Shown: one piece after another, positions 24,601-38,199 of the stretch
Position numbering within the stretch: the stretch's first letter is position 1
How the letters are laid out: each line of letters starts with the position of its first letter
Assembly (NCBI GenBank): GCA_028023455.1
Contig: JAQFVV010000002.1
Span: 8,804,001-8,868,000 of the forward strand
Length of the DNA: 64,000 bases
From: Epiperipatus broadwayi
Lineage: Eukaryota; Animalia; Onychophora
Reading direction: 5' to 3'
Translations under genes and position numbers: made by a program
The notes under the pieces: model-generated
The model's input: only the letters and a program-made list of their open reading frames with translations
Database searches by the model: none
What the model was told of the DNA's origin: nothing

Positions 24601-27134
24601 TCCTAATATAAATTTACTCTAATGGTTAACAAATTTTACAGCAAGTAGCTTCACAAATTGAGGAAGTAAATGGAAAGTGTTGATGTGTTATTTCTTTTTT
24701 AATGGCAATAAGTGTGGCATCTTTTTATTTGCAATTTCAATAGATATGTCTAAATAAAATATTTTATTTTTCTTCAAAAAAAACAACTATGATTTATTTG
24801 TTGGGAAAGCTATTTTTCACATATAAGAATAATATCAAAGTCTTCTAAACTAAAAAATTGCTTTATTTATATGCTTTTTGTATGCATACCTCAGATATTG
24901 GCATAAAAACAATGAAGACCTATCATGTTAAAAGATGAAAAAAAATAGTATACAATAATTTAAAATAATTAAAACTATAGGTAATAAAATATTATAGAGA
25001 GAAAAAAAGACAGACAAAAAACAAGTTATATCACCTATAATAAATTAACAAAGACCCAAAGAATTAGCCAAAGAACCATAAAAGAAGGAAATAAATGCAC
25101 CGCAAGGCCAAAGTAAGAAGTTACAAATTCATGATACTTAAGTATAAGAATAGAAATGAAAAAAAAGTATCACATTTAGCATGTTTGTTTTATAACAAAT
25201 AATTTTTGTTCAGAGTTTACCAACCAAAAATATTCTAATGTCATGGATACTAATATCATATAAATTAAAAACAATGTATTTATTATATTTCACATTTAAA
25301 TTAGAAAACACAAAAAATATCATAGGGAGTAGTAATATAACCAGAAAATGTAACAAGTGAATAATAAAATGATGAATTGAGTTTTATTTACTTTATTAAA
25401 AGATTTATAACTGTTCTTTGAATTAGAATGAAATATATTACCATTAAGACCAATTTTTTTAGATTTATTATTTCCTTTGTCTAGATTCTTTGCAATCTAT
25501 TTTTTGACATTTTTCATATTTATTTGATTACAATTTTAGAACACCTATCTATCTTTTTGTGTGACTTTACATAATATTGCTTTTCATTATTAATATTTTT
25601 ATATCAGTATTATTATTGATAAGTGACATCTTTAAATCCATATCAGCCTTTAGATTTATTAAATGGTTGTTACAATTATTAATATGCATAGTAAATCCTT
25701 TTCTTAATTTTATATTGAATTCATATTTATTAGTAAATCTCTTAAACATATTATTTGGAAAATAATCTTTAACAATTTTATTATCAGATGTACATGCATT
25801 ATCAAAATGCTCATAGGAATAATAATCATTTTCACATGGAAATTGATTTGCATCAGAATTCCAACAAGTAGCCACCTTAGGACCGAAATAAGCATTATCA
25901 ATAAAATTTTTATTTGACTGTAAGAAGCATTTAATAATTTTATTTACCTTAGAAATATCCATATTATCTTTGTCAGCATTATTAACCAAACTATCATTCA
26001 TTAATAAGGAACACATCTTTCCATATATTTAAATTATTTTTTTCTGTAATGAAGGGTACAAATATTAGACAATTCTATGATGAGTTTATGACCATCAGGA
26101 AATCAAAGTTTTGATAAAACTTGTAGAGTTAATTTATTAGAAGCATGAATTATAAATTTTTCTAAATTGAAATTATTTGTATTCTTATGAACTATATTAT
26201 CATCCCAGGAATTCTTATTAATAAAAGCCAAAGTTTTAGTTCTAGATCTGGATCAATGTTACAACTATTGTTATGATTTTTATTTTTTTGAGAGTTTCAT
26301 TTGTATTCACGATAATATCATCATCATTATTTGATATGAACAAATTTGCCACCCAAAATCTCTTGTTACCAAAAAGTAAGCTATTACAGACAGCACTTAA
26401 AAAAACTCCATTAGTTCAAAAAATATATTTGTCTAATCTATTTAATTTCAAATATAAAGAATGAAAAAAACCTTGGCACTTATCAAAACAATTAAAAAAG
26501 TCATTAATAATAGGACAGGAACATATAATACACCTATTAGTCTTTGGAAAAGTAGAATTAGAAATATGAATTGGATCTGAAGCATTATTAGAAAAATAAA
26601 AACAAGAGAAGAAGAGTGATAAAATCAATAGCTGAAAGATGGTACTCTTGGTTAAAAGATATAATACAACATTCATACAGAAAATCTGAATGACATTTTA
26701 TTTTTAATTTTACATTTTAAAATTTTTTGTCTTCTAAAAATAAATATCACATGACCACCACTTCTAAAAATACTATTTAAATGCAGAGAGCAAGGATTAC
26801 TAAATGGAACTATCATAATCTAAAATGAAAATAAATTTATAAAATAAGATATATGCAATAGTTTCAATATACATGTATCAAATAAAAGTTTATATATTTC
26901 AAAAAAAGATATTTAAAAGTTTATATATATCATGATAAATATTCAAATATTATACTGTACAGTATTGATATTATTTATTGAGACATAAATAGTTTTTTTA
27001 AAGATAACCAAACTGGTTTGTAGCTCCAAAAAATAGAAAATAAGTTTTAAAAGTCAGACATAATAGATTTTAAGCTTATTTTGTTTTTTATTTAAATAAT
27101 GAAAGGAACTCAATTTTTTCAGAATTATCACCTC

Positions 27135-27900
27135 CTGATCTCTCCAATTTTTTTTAATACTTTTTTCTAAGAGCAATGTTAATTAGAGATTTCCAGACAT
27201 TATGTATTGGAACACTGGGTTGACTTATAGGATTTTATTTGCCATCGTCATATAATCAGCTTCTTTGAATTTTTTTTTTATCTGTTCCTCTGTCCAATAT
27301 TTTTCTATTTCCCAATTGAACATATATTCATTTGTGCATACATGGTCTACTACTGTAGACACATCTGTTTTTCTCTTTTAATCATTAGTTTGTATTCTGT
27401 CAATCACTGTTCAACAAAGTGGCTAGTCTCACAAATATAATGGTTAAACAAGAAAAGACAAATGTGTCTACAATAGTACCCTATGTATATACTAATAAAT
27501 ATACATTCAATTAGGAAAATACTGGATAGAGAAGAAAAGATGCAAAGAAGAAAATTTAAAGAAGCTGCTCATATGGCAATGACAAATAATCCTATAAGTC
27601 AATCCAGTATGCCAATATATAATGTTTGGAAGTCTCTAATTAACCACACTCTTAGAAAAAAGTATTTAAAATATGAAGGGATCAGAAAAATTCGAACCAA
27701 TCCACATAGATAAGTATGTGAAATTTCTATTGACTGTTGCCTTTGACTAAATAGTTCAAATGCTAGTATTGCCTTAAAATTTGATATTCAAGAATCTAAA
27801 GGTGTAAGTTCAACTTCTATGCTACTATTGTCATTAGTCAGGCCAGCAACACCTGAAGAAGAGTGGAAAATAATATTACTCGAAACATTGTGTAATTAAT
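27135..27900 (+). mobile_element. Penelope-like element 3' remnant (GIY-YIG C-terminus) with inverted duplication
   Basis: STIVPYVYTNKYTFN*E / ILDREEKMQRRKFKEAAHM...NPISQSSMPIYNVWKSLI resembles PLE endonuclease C-termini. 27135-27393 is a diverged reverse complement of 27431-27685. Confidence 0.72.
27847..27896 (+). ncRNA. Degenerate minimal type I hammerhead of the Penelope-like remnant
   Basis: ACAC-CTGAAGA-A-GAGT-(13 nt)-ACTC-GAAA-CA-T-T-GTGT. Stem I is ACAC/GTGT. Stem III ACAT is possibly a CpG-decayed palindrome ACGT. Confidence 0.6.
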
Positions 27901-29479
27901 AGCCTGTGTTGTCTATTTATATGTAATTACTAACAAGTTGTATTTGAAAAGTTTAAATAAAGTTTAAACTTTTTCTAGATATTCAAAATTTAATAATAGA
28001 TGATGGAAATAGTCCAACATATCATAAATTAAAAGTAAATTCTAACTTGTGTTGTCTATTTATATGTTATTACAAATAAGTTGTTTGTGTATATTCAACA
28101 TTTAATGTAAATAATGGAAATAGTCCAACATATTAAAAATTTAAAATTCTGATTTTATCAAGTGACCTTTTTTAAAATCGAACCCAAATATATTTAAAGG
28201 ATATAATATTTACTGCTCAGCAAATAATAATGTTCAAGTAGTGAAAAAATGCAGTTTTAGATTGATATAAATTAAATGAAAATAAAAGCAATCATCAGAA
28301 ATAAAATGAAAACTTTTGAAGGTATAAAATATCCAACAAACTCGGAAAAACAATGGAATGAAACGAGGCAGCAATTATATATACATAAAAAAAACACTTT
28401 GAGTTATTAATGATAAATCCTTCAAATTTTTTCTCTAATCTGAAAAAAATTATCAAATAAAAAATGATTAAGTCTTTTGAAGAGCTTATTAGCATTAATA
28501 TTACTATTATTATCTGAATGACTCTTTCTAATTGGCATTTTAGCATTGACTATTTATACATCTTTTTTTAATAGCAATTGAATTAATCAAATAAAACAAA
28601 GTTAATTTCTTCAGAACATAGATGTTTATAAAACAGAATATTCCAAAAATTAATATGAAATCCTTGACAAATCAAAGAAAATTTTATATGAAAAGAACTT
28701 ACTAAATAGTCAACTATCATTATGAACCCACTAAGATCTAATAATTCAATAATAGTAAAAGGCATGCCACTCCACTTCAGATAATATGTTTTAATATTTT
28801 AGTTTGTCCTCTACAATTTATTATACTAAGAAAAGTACTATATAGAATTATAAACATCTAAACATTGGAAATATAAAAGATTCATTATAAGAATTAGTGT
28901 GTTTTTTATCATTGTTCTTTAAATGCTTTCGAACTCCAAAATGTCATCTTTATTAAATGCAACTTGTAGTGAAAAACTATGAGTTATGTGAATATTGCAA
29001 AGATTTTAGACAAGTTATGATTAAAATTTAATTATAAAAAATTGATACAAGTAAAAATGATAAAATTTATTATAAGTAGCTCTAATAGTAATAATAATCT
29101 TACTGCAACACCAAGGTTTCATTGTTTTAACATTAATGACAATAAAACTGGACATTCATCCAAATAATGCTGAAGTAGCTACAATTGACTTCTAGAAAGA
29201 TCCACAGAAAGATTTTTCCAAAAAAAACGTTAATTGAAAAATTCAATGCATTCATTCTAAGACCTCTTTTTCAATCATTTAAATAATTTTTTATAGAAAG
29301 ATCAGTTGTAATTGCTGTTACAGATGAAAATTGCTCATTGAATAAGTTTCCTAAAGAATTACTCTATGATATATTAAGTACTACTAATAAGATACATTGT
29401 TATAGAATTTTTCAGAAAAGATCAAATAGATAAATTTAAAAGGGAAATTCATACACTTGGTAAATATATATTTGTCATA

Positions 29480-32400
29480 GTTAATGAACACAGAGAAAAC
29501 TATCACAGGAGCATTAAAAAATGCTTATTTAAACTACACAATCAATGACTTTAATAAATTTACACAACCATTTGGAGTAATTGTTAGCTTTCAAGCAACT
29601 TACTTAAGTAATATACCAGTTCCAGTCTATGGCAATAAATATGAATTTAAAGTAAGACTTCATAAAGACATAGATCCTAATAATATTTCAAAACAAGTAA
29701 GAGATCAATAAGCCACACTTCTATTAATAATTCAGTCTTAAACGCCAATGCAAGGAATATGGGCATATAATCAGTGTATGTCTGAAACTTCATTGCCATT
29801 ACATTAATGTCCTAGATTTGATTCAGTCATTGAAACTAAAGATTCTTGCAGAAGTCAAACTCATATCAGATTAAAAATAAAAATTCACAGCAAAATATTT
29901 TTAAAAAAATAATGCTGATATTAAGCTAAATGTTAACAAGGAAAGTTATAATTTACAGAAATATATAAACCAAACAAGGCAATTTGAAAATGAAATCAAA
30001 GATCAAACAGTCAATTTCACAAACTCTAATAATTAATAAATCCTTGTGTGAAATTATGGATGCAATAAATATCAGTCAAACACAGATTAAAATAAACATG
30101 CATGATTTATCATAGTCAAAAACCAAGTTAACCTCCATGTAAAAGGTGTAGTAGAAAGAAACTATCTCCAACAATGAATGTTAATGATATTAAACACTTG
30201 TCACTTAACAAAAAAAGGAAAAAACAAAAGTACATATGCAATATACAAACATTGAATTACTAACTGGTGAAAACATATCTACAACTAAAGAAATGGTCAT
30301 ATCATGTTCTGACAGTGTACAATACAAAATCTCAAACAAGATATCAATGCTGCCATCAAAGGTACTTAATTGTTTTCCGAAGATAGATAGTAAAACCAAA
30401 ACAGTAATTATATTAAAAATCATATTGATAATTAGTTTAAAATATTAACTACAAATGAATAAAAATTAAAATTCATATTAATGATCAAGAACGCCCTAAT
30501 TTTGCTAATATTTTTGAATAAAAGGAAAGTAACACTAATTTAAAAAATATGTCAAACCTTTGATATGATTTTAGGTTAGAGACTGAGAAATTAGAATACA
30601 TGTACATAATAACATACAATAACACAATTATTATAATTTATTTAAAAATAACTTTTTATTATAAAACTTAAAATAGGATCTTTTAATATAAGGGGAATGA
30701 CTTTGTTTCAAAAATTAAGCATTTAACAAAATGAATAATAATTACAAGTCACATATTAAGGACAAAATTACTCAAAAACAGGTTCATCCATATCGCTTGA
30801 TTTTTTTGCTTGCTTTCAAGATTTCTCCTCAACATCAATGGAACTGGAATTATTATTATCAAAACATCATTTTGCAATCACACTTAATATAGCTTTTACA
30901 TGGTCCTACAATTATTAATAAACTGATACATAAATTCTTTACTTACCTCCAGATCATAACCTATCATCCTTTTTGAAAACTTTAATATGACCTGTCATAC
31001 ACTTGTAATCAAATGTCTGTTAGTGGAGGGGTTTTTCTTCCCTTTGATTTGTTTTCTTTTAACAATGGTAACCATTCTTCACTTATTGCAGTTTATTTTT
31101 ATTTCCTCATACTACAACAACTAATAAAGTTGTTACTAAATTTTTTCTGATTATTCGTACTTATGGTAATAATAGATTTGGATTTAATGCAAATATGCAT
31201 TAGACATTTTGGAAAAATAATAAGAGTATTATTAGGATGTCATTCTGGAATTTCTTTTATGAAATATATATATTATGTTATTAAAAATTAAAAAATGAAA
31301 TTCGACCCTATACAAGAACAGATATCATATACAATAGATTTTATAACCTGACCAACTCCTCCACTATCTAATCTATTATCACTTGCAGAGAAAATACACA
31401 AAAAAATTGCTCAATATAATCCTACACCATATTTATACTGGTATATTAGGAAATTAATTAAGGCTTATAGTACAGCATGTGACACTCTAAATGACTATTT
31501 GGTCACAAAAAGAAAATTTCTTACACATTCACATAACTTGTCATAAAGATATATTCAGTGGCCATTAGGATTTCCTTACACAATGTACCATCTACTCTAA
31601 ATATTGAGGGTTCAATCAAAAGAGGAAATAATAGGATTGAAATATTATACATTTATTTTAAACAAAAATTATAACAACACTAGCATTTCAATCTAACCCT
31701 GATTTTCTAGATAATTCAGAAAATGACATAAGTTTCTGTTCAAGTGATTTTTTATTAAAGTTAGCAACTATCATATTTTTGTCATGCTGGAAACCATGAT
31801 TATCTAAGTTTGTTTGTTTTTTTGCTCACTTGAACTAATTGATAAACCTATTTCTTGCAATTCTTGCTAATTTTCTAACAAAAAATATATAACACAAGAA
31901 TTATGTCTAATATCAATGCTAGTCTTTATTAAAACACACATGGCAATATCTCCTTTAGCTTTGTGGCCTGTATCTATGGGTTCTCTATAAATTAAATAAT
32001 TAATACCAGTGCTGAAAGATAAAATAGAACCTTATCTATTATTACTCATTTCAGCAAGACAATTTTCCAAAAAGGCTCATCTATTGGACAAGCAACTTTT
32101 ATATAGATCAATTTTAGACATAGTTCAGAATAGTAAAAGATGTAGCCAATTGCAGTTCAGTTAGATGTAGAAGGATCCTATGATTGTATACAAATTGATA
32201 TTCTTTTTCAAATTATTGTAGAAACAGAAATACCTCAGTCTATGTTATATTTACTTACTAATCTTTTTTTAAGTTGTGAAATATATATAACATTAAATGA
32301 AAAAACATCACCATCATTCAGTCTTCATCAATTAGTTCCTCAAGGCTCACTTTTCACTACATTACTTTATACTATATATTAACCTTTCTTTAAGGCAATA

Positions 32401-33200
32401 AAACAAAAAATATCCAATATATAAGTACCAGGTATAAATACAAGTGTCTCATGCATTGCTATATTCAAAAGTTCATTTTTTAACCAACTAATAATAACAA
32501 AAATTTCATATTATATATCCTATCATACAATCCACAAAATCATTTATATCATATATAAATTCGCTCTATATAAAGTTACTGTGGAGAAAAATGATAGTAG
32601 CTAATGAAATGTCTAAATTTACCCATATCTCTAAATGATCTATGACTTCATTCTATTAATGTTTTTAATATTCAAAAAAAAATTTCTAATATCCATGGTT
32701 AAACAATTTTCTTTACTAGAATATACATTCAAAATAACTCTTACAGATAGACCACTATGTAATTTTTTAATATTATTAAATTTTTTACAAAATATTAATA
32801 ATATAGATTTATTATTGCAACAAGAACACACATATTTGAATATTTTTGAATATCTTCACCCTAACCCTTCAAATAACCCTAATTATTCTATATTTAAAAT
32901 AAACAATAACTTCTACACAAATTTAAAAAATTGATTTCTTGATCCAAAGTATTTGGAATTTCATTTTAAAATTAATGTAGTGGTTCTTCCTATTCAATAT
33001 TTTCTTAAATGCAAAAGATTTTACTCTGAATGTTGATTTCACATATCAGTTGTATCACACAGAGAGAATAAAACACAGTTTAATTTTCTCTATTATTGCT
33101 CCAGTCTTGCAGCAATTTGGACATAATTACAAAAATATGTAGAAACAGTACTATTTCTTTTAAAACTATAGTTAATTTATTTCCTAGTATTCATTTCCAA
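29480..33200 (+). pseudogene. Decayed L1/Tx1-like LINE (ORF1 and ORF2 relic)
   Basis: ORF1 relic 29484-29711; SFNIRGM near 30678; LDVEGSYD near 32161; VPQGSLF near 32335; C-terminal fragments 32635-32934. Boundaries approximate. Confidence 0.55.
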
Positions 33201-36200
33201 ATATACAAGTTACCACATTTAACCAATATGCATTGTTATGCACAAAACACACATTCATCTATGGAAATAATAGATGACATTCTAATACTTTTCTAAATAA
33301 ATTAGAACAAAAATAAACTGAAGATTAAAAAATCACTTTTTCAGATATACTTTCAGATATGGTTTTTAATAAAACAACAGTCGTGCCTCTAGCCCATGTT
33401 TTTAAAAAGAAAAAGTAACAACATAAAAAATAAGATACTCTTATACTATATTAAAGGTGTTTTTTTATTCATTATATTTTATAGTATATATATATGAATT
33501 ATTTTTGATGATAATCAACTACTATGTTTCATCTTTTATATATATATATTCTTAATATATTTATTGTTTTTCATTGTAATGTTTAATTTTTGTTATTATA
33601 TATATATATTGTAAATGTTTATATTGGATTTCCTGCTATATTCACATCTGAAGGTTTTTAAGTCTATGATGTATAGTCACCACCATATTACAGAAAAATC
33701 TAGAACTCTAGTAAATAGTTATATACTTGGCTTTGGATTTGAATAGTACATAATCAATTTCATAATTTAATATAAATAATATTTATCTAAATCGCATGTT
33801 GTTAATAAATTAATAATAAATGAAAGTTTTGCTAATCTTTCACATGCATAAACAGTTATTTCAAAGAAAACCAATCAGATTTTTTTAAACAGCTGTCTCT
33901 TAAGAACAATCAGGCATTGATACATGACAGAGATTTTGACAAGAAAAGGTTGATACCAACCTTTTCTAAACTTAACTTTTATATATATAAGCCAGTCTGA
34001 AGCATCTTTGCAAAACTTTCATTTATTACCAATTTAATATATAATGCAGTAACATTCTTACCTATTTTTTAGGATATTTTAATTTCCAGTGTTCAGCCTA
34101 TGCAAATATAGGTATCTACTGTCTAGCTGAGAACATTAATATTTTCAGCATAAAGGCTCATCAATTATCTTGCAACTACCATTAATATTGGTTGTATTAC
34201 TACTTTAACTGACAATACTCTTTCAAAATTAAAATTAAAAAATGAGAAAGTATAATTAAATATTTTCATTAAATTAAGTTATGAGGAAACTATTTCACTT
34301 TATATACCAATACTACTATTGCTTTACTTAACTCTCACTTGTTGATTATGTAGTATCAATTTTATAATCTACATTGAAACTATTATTGCACCATTCTTAT
34401 CCTAAACATATGGACAACTATTTAGACATTATTTCTTATAAACACATCATATGCCAATACTCTTAAATGGTTTAATATTTAAGAACATTCCAATTAAAGT
34501 ATATATTTATATTAGTTGGATAAAATTAATTTAAATTATATCTAACTTTTAATTTTAACTGTTTTATTTATGAATCAGTATGATAAAATTAACTTAAACT
34601 ATGATTAGCTTTTAATTTAAGTTAGATTTAGAATGGTTATCAGGCATAAGTTTTTATGATAATTGTTACATATTTTATTTACTAAACATATATAACTATT
34701 TATTTATTTATAATTATTTATTTATTTATAAGAGATTATTCCCTTATAACTATGTTAAACATATATATATATTTGTTTATTGAAAAGAAAACAATCAAGT
34801 GATATGAGATTATAATTTCACTACTTCCTTTAGAATAAAATGTCTTCTTATTTATCATTATATAACAAATAAAGTAATAATACTTTTAAATTTATAACCC
34901 TATACAAGCTGTTATCGATTTTATGAATGCTGGTTCAGCACAAAATGCATCTTGGGGGTAATTTGTCTTTTATTGTATCTTTATTTATATTAAATTAAAA
35001 AGAATGGGGAAGTATAGAGGTTGTTTAATTTATCTATAAAGATATTACACATGGGAAAGAGAAAAGTGAATAACTCCATGTGTGTATATGTTTAAAATTA
35101 AAAAATCAGATATATTAATCTTTAACTGAGATTTAAAGTTTATATCTGTGCTAGAGATAATCTCTAGTTTAGGAAATGATTAGTAATAATCATTATTGTA
35201 TTTATCTGAGGTGAATGATGTTAAAGTTGTGAGTGGAATGAGTTTGACAAGGGTAAATAAAAATGTAACAATAAATAATGTACAGATCTCGAACTGAAAT
35301 GGTTGAATAAATTAATTGAAACATCTGTTAGAAAATGGAAGAGTTCTTTTGTTAAATTAAACTTACAAATGTGAATATTATTGCTACATTAATTTTATTT
35401 TTATTTTCCTCTTTTTGGAAAATAAGGCAAATGATAACCAGTATTTGATTTTACAAGTCACTATCAGAAATTTAATTAATTTCTCTCCTAAATTAAGATC
35501 CATGCTTTTTCTCTTTTTTTTAAATGATTGATGTGAAAAACCACATTTTCTATGAATACTTACTGAAATCAATGAAAGGAGATTGGGTGCAACTTTTATT
35601 TTTTTACATAGACATTCAATTTGAGTAATATTTATATGGTAAGAGAAAAATCATTTGAGTTTTTTAGTTCAGTCAAAATGATCACACTCTTTTAGCAACT
35701 TTTTTATTCACCAGTGGGTCTTTCAGCACTAATACAGAAAAGAAACAGATATTTTTTTTTCCTTTGATTTTTTAGAATCCTGACAAATCAAATTCAGTTA
35801 TTAGATTTATATATTAATTACAGTTATATATCTAGCAATTTTTTTAATAATCAAAAATCTAAAAATCCCATTATTGCATACAATATGTAGATAAAATTTT
35901 CTTTGTTGTTATTTATTTTAACTGCATTACAATTTTAATTAAACTAGAAAACATTCTTGTTGAATTATAGCATATAAAAAATAAAATTCAAATCCTTATC
36001 AAATTATAGACTTTAGTTTTATTATTTGAGTACCTTTTCAACATATTCTTTGTTAAATCTAACACTTATTAAATGTATTACTTATTAAACATATTATTTA
36101 TTTTCCTTCTTAAAACATTATTTATATTTATTTAATAGATGAAGTGTACATGCAAATATATTTAAATAATTCCATTTAACAATGGATGTCCATTTAATTT

Positions 36201-38199
36201 GTTTCTCTGACAAACTTATTTCACTTCCTTAATTTTTACAATCAATTATATGCCTCTGTAAGCTTTATCATTTGCCTCCATTACTATTGTCACCTTGTAA
36301 AACATTTTATTTCCAACAACTTTTTCTATCTTTTCTTCTCTCATTATGCCTTAAAAGGAGTGCCATGAAACATTCCATTCCTATATATACTTTTTCACTT
36401 GATTTGTAAAATTCCTTTGAAAACTATTATTACTGCTGCTGCTAATAATAATAAATGCCACTAGAGGTCGTGCTATGTTAAACACTTTTTTTTCTGAAGT
36501 TAGGAAGTATTTGACAATATATTCAGTGTTTTAAGATATTTTAAATATTATATATACATATTAGTTTTTTTAATTGGTCCAAATTTTATAATTTTTAACT
36601 ATATAAAATAGTATAAAACAAAAAAATTACTTACTAATACAATATATTGGTATCTTATAATCCAATGTTTAACAACTTAGAACATATGTAAATATCCTTA
36701 CTAAAGGATAAAAATAAAATCCATGATGATATAAATATGTCAACATCAAGTTCTAGATTTCACCATTCCACAATAGAAGATTTCATAAAACTTATATTTA
36801 TTCGATTGTAACTAGTACTAACTGGTCAGAAGAAAATTTATGACAGAGATCTGAACGATTCAGTGCTGCAATTCCAAGAGAACTTCAACATTTTTAGATG
36901 ACATTTTATTGATTGATCAATTATATTGGCAATTACCAATGCAAATTGTTCTTTATACCATTTTTCAAAAGAATTATTATGCCATGCACTAAGCAAATTT
37001 AATATATGGAATATTATACTTAGAATAATTGACCATAAATTAAATGTCATTATATTAGAATCTTTTAGCAAAAAATAAAAAAAGAAAATCGATTTAAGAG
37101 AACAATTAAAACACTTGAAAAATATTTTCTCATAAATATAAACCCACAAAGAAAATTATATAATTGGGCTATAAAAATATGTACCTGAACTATAATATAG
37201 ATGATTTTTATAAGCTCGTGATATCATTTGATACAGATATAGGATTCCAAGCTATGTATCTGAAAGATATCCTAATCACAATCTGTAGTAATGATTGTGA
37301 ATCCTAAGTTAAGTGAAAATGTATATCTAAATGATATTTATATTAAAATCAACTAGTTTTAATTATTCATGGATTAAAGCCTCAATGCTTTAACTGCAAA
37401 CTAAGAGAGCATCTCATTAGTTCATGCCCATATGCTCAATATGCAATATGACTGCTACAAGTACACACCAATGGTCAAATTCAGTTAAATCAGATCATGA
37501 ATAACAAATAATTCTAAATAAAATCTCAATTGAAAAAACTGCTGTCAATATGAGTAACGATCTTATAACATTATTAACATTATTGACAACAATCATCCAA
37601 GTAAAATGGAGGAGTGCATAATGAAATATTAACAGATGACATTATTCAAGAAAAACATAGTAACATATCAATTGTTTATCCATAAAATAAATATGTAAAT
37701 TATGGCTAATGCACTTGTAACTAAATTACTTCCAAATTCCTTGATTAATAATCAAAATCTGTCTTATAAATAAAAACTGGGATGTCCAATAAAAAAAGAG
37801 ATAGAAAAAGATAACAAACATTCATGAAATTAAAGAAGCTGACTGTCAACCTATAAAGATAACAAAAAAAAAAAAAATTAAAACTTTGTCAATATTTCAC
37901 AAAAACTGATTTCAAAATTTCCACAGATGAAGAACTAGTAATGAATAAAAGGACAATTATTTCTATAACAACAACAAGATATAATCAGATTTTCCCACTC
38001 AAACCTCTACAATGTCCATGAAGTAAACTTAAGAAATGAAAATATATTGGTAACTGAAAAAGTATTTGCCTTATTTTGACAGTGTACAATATAATTAAAT
38101 TAAGACATGATATCAAAACTACCACTAGAAGCATATTATTTTATTAGAATAAAAAATAGAAAAATCAAACCAATAATTATAATAGACATCCTATTTCTG

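Noticed and set aside
34062-34097. 36-bp minus-strand segment with good splice signals (GCATAG|...|GTAAGA)
   Set aside because: All three frames contain a stop and no partner exons were found.
34909-34957. Possible + strand micro-exon AVIDFMNAGSAQNASWG with GG|GTAATT donor
   Set aside because: Weak acceptor, no recognisable protein and no neighbouring exons. It cannot be supported without RNA-seq.
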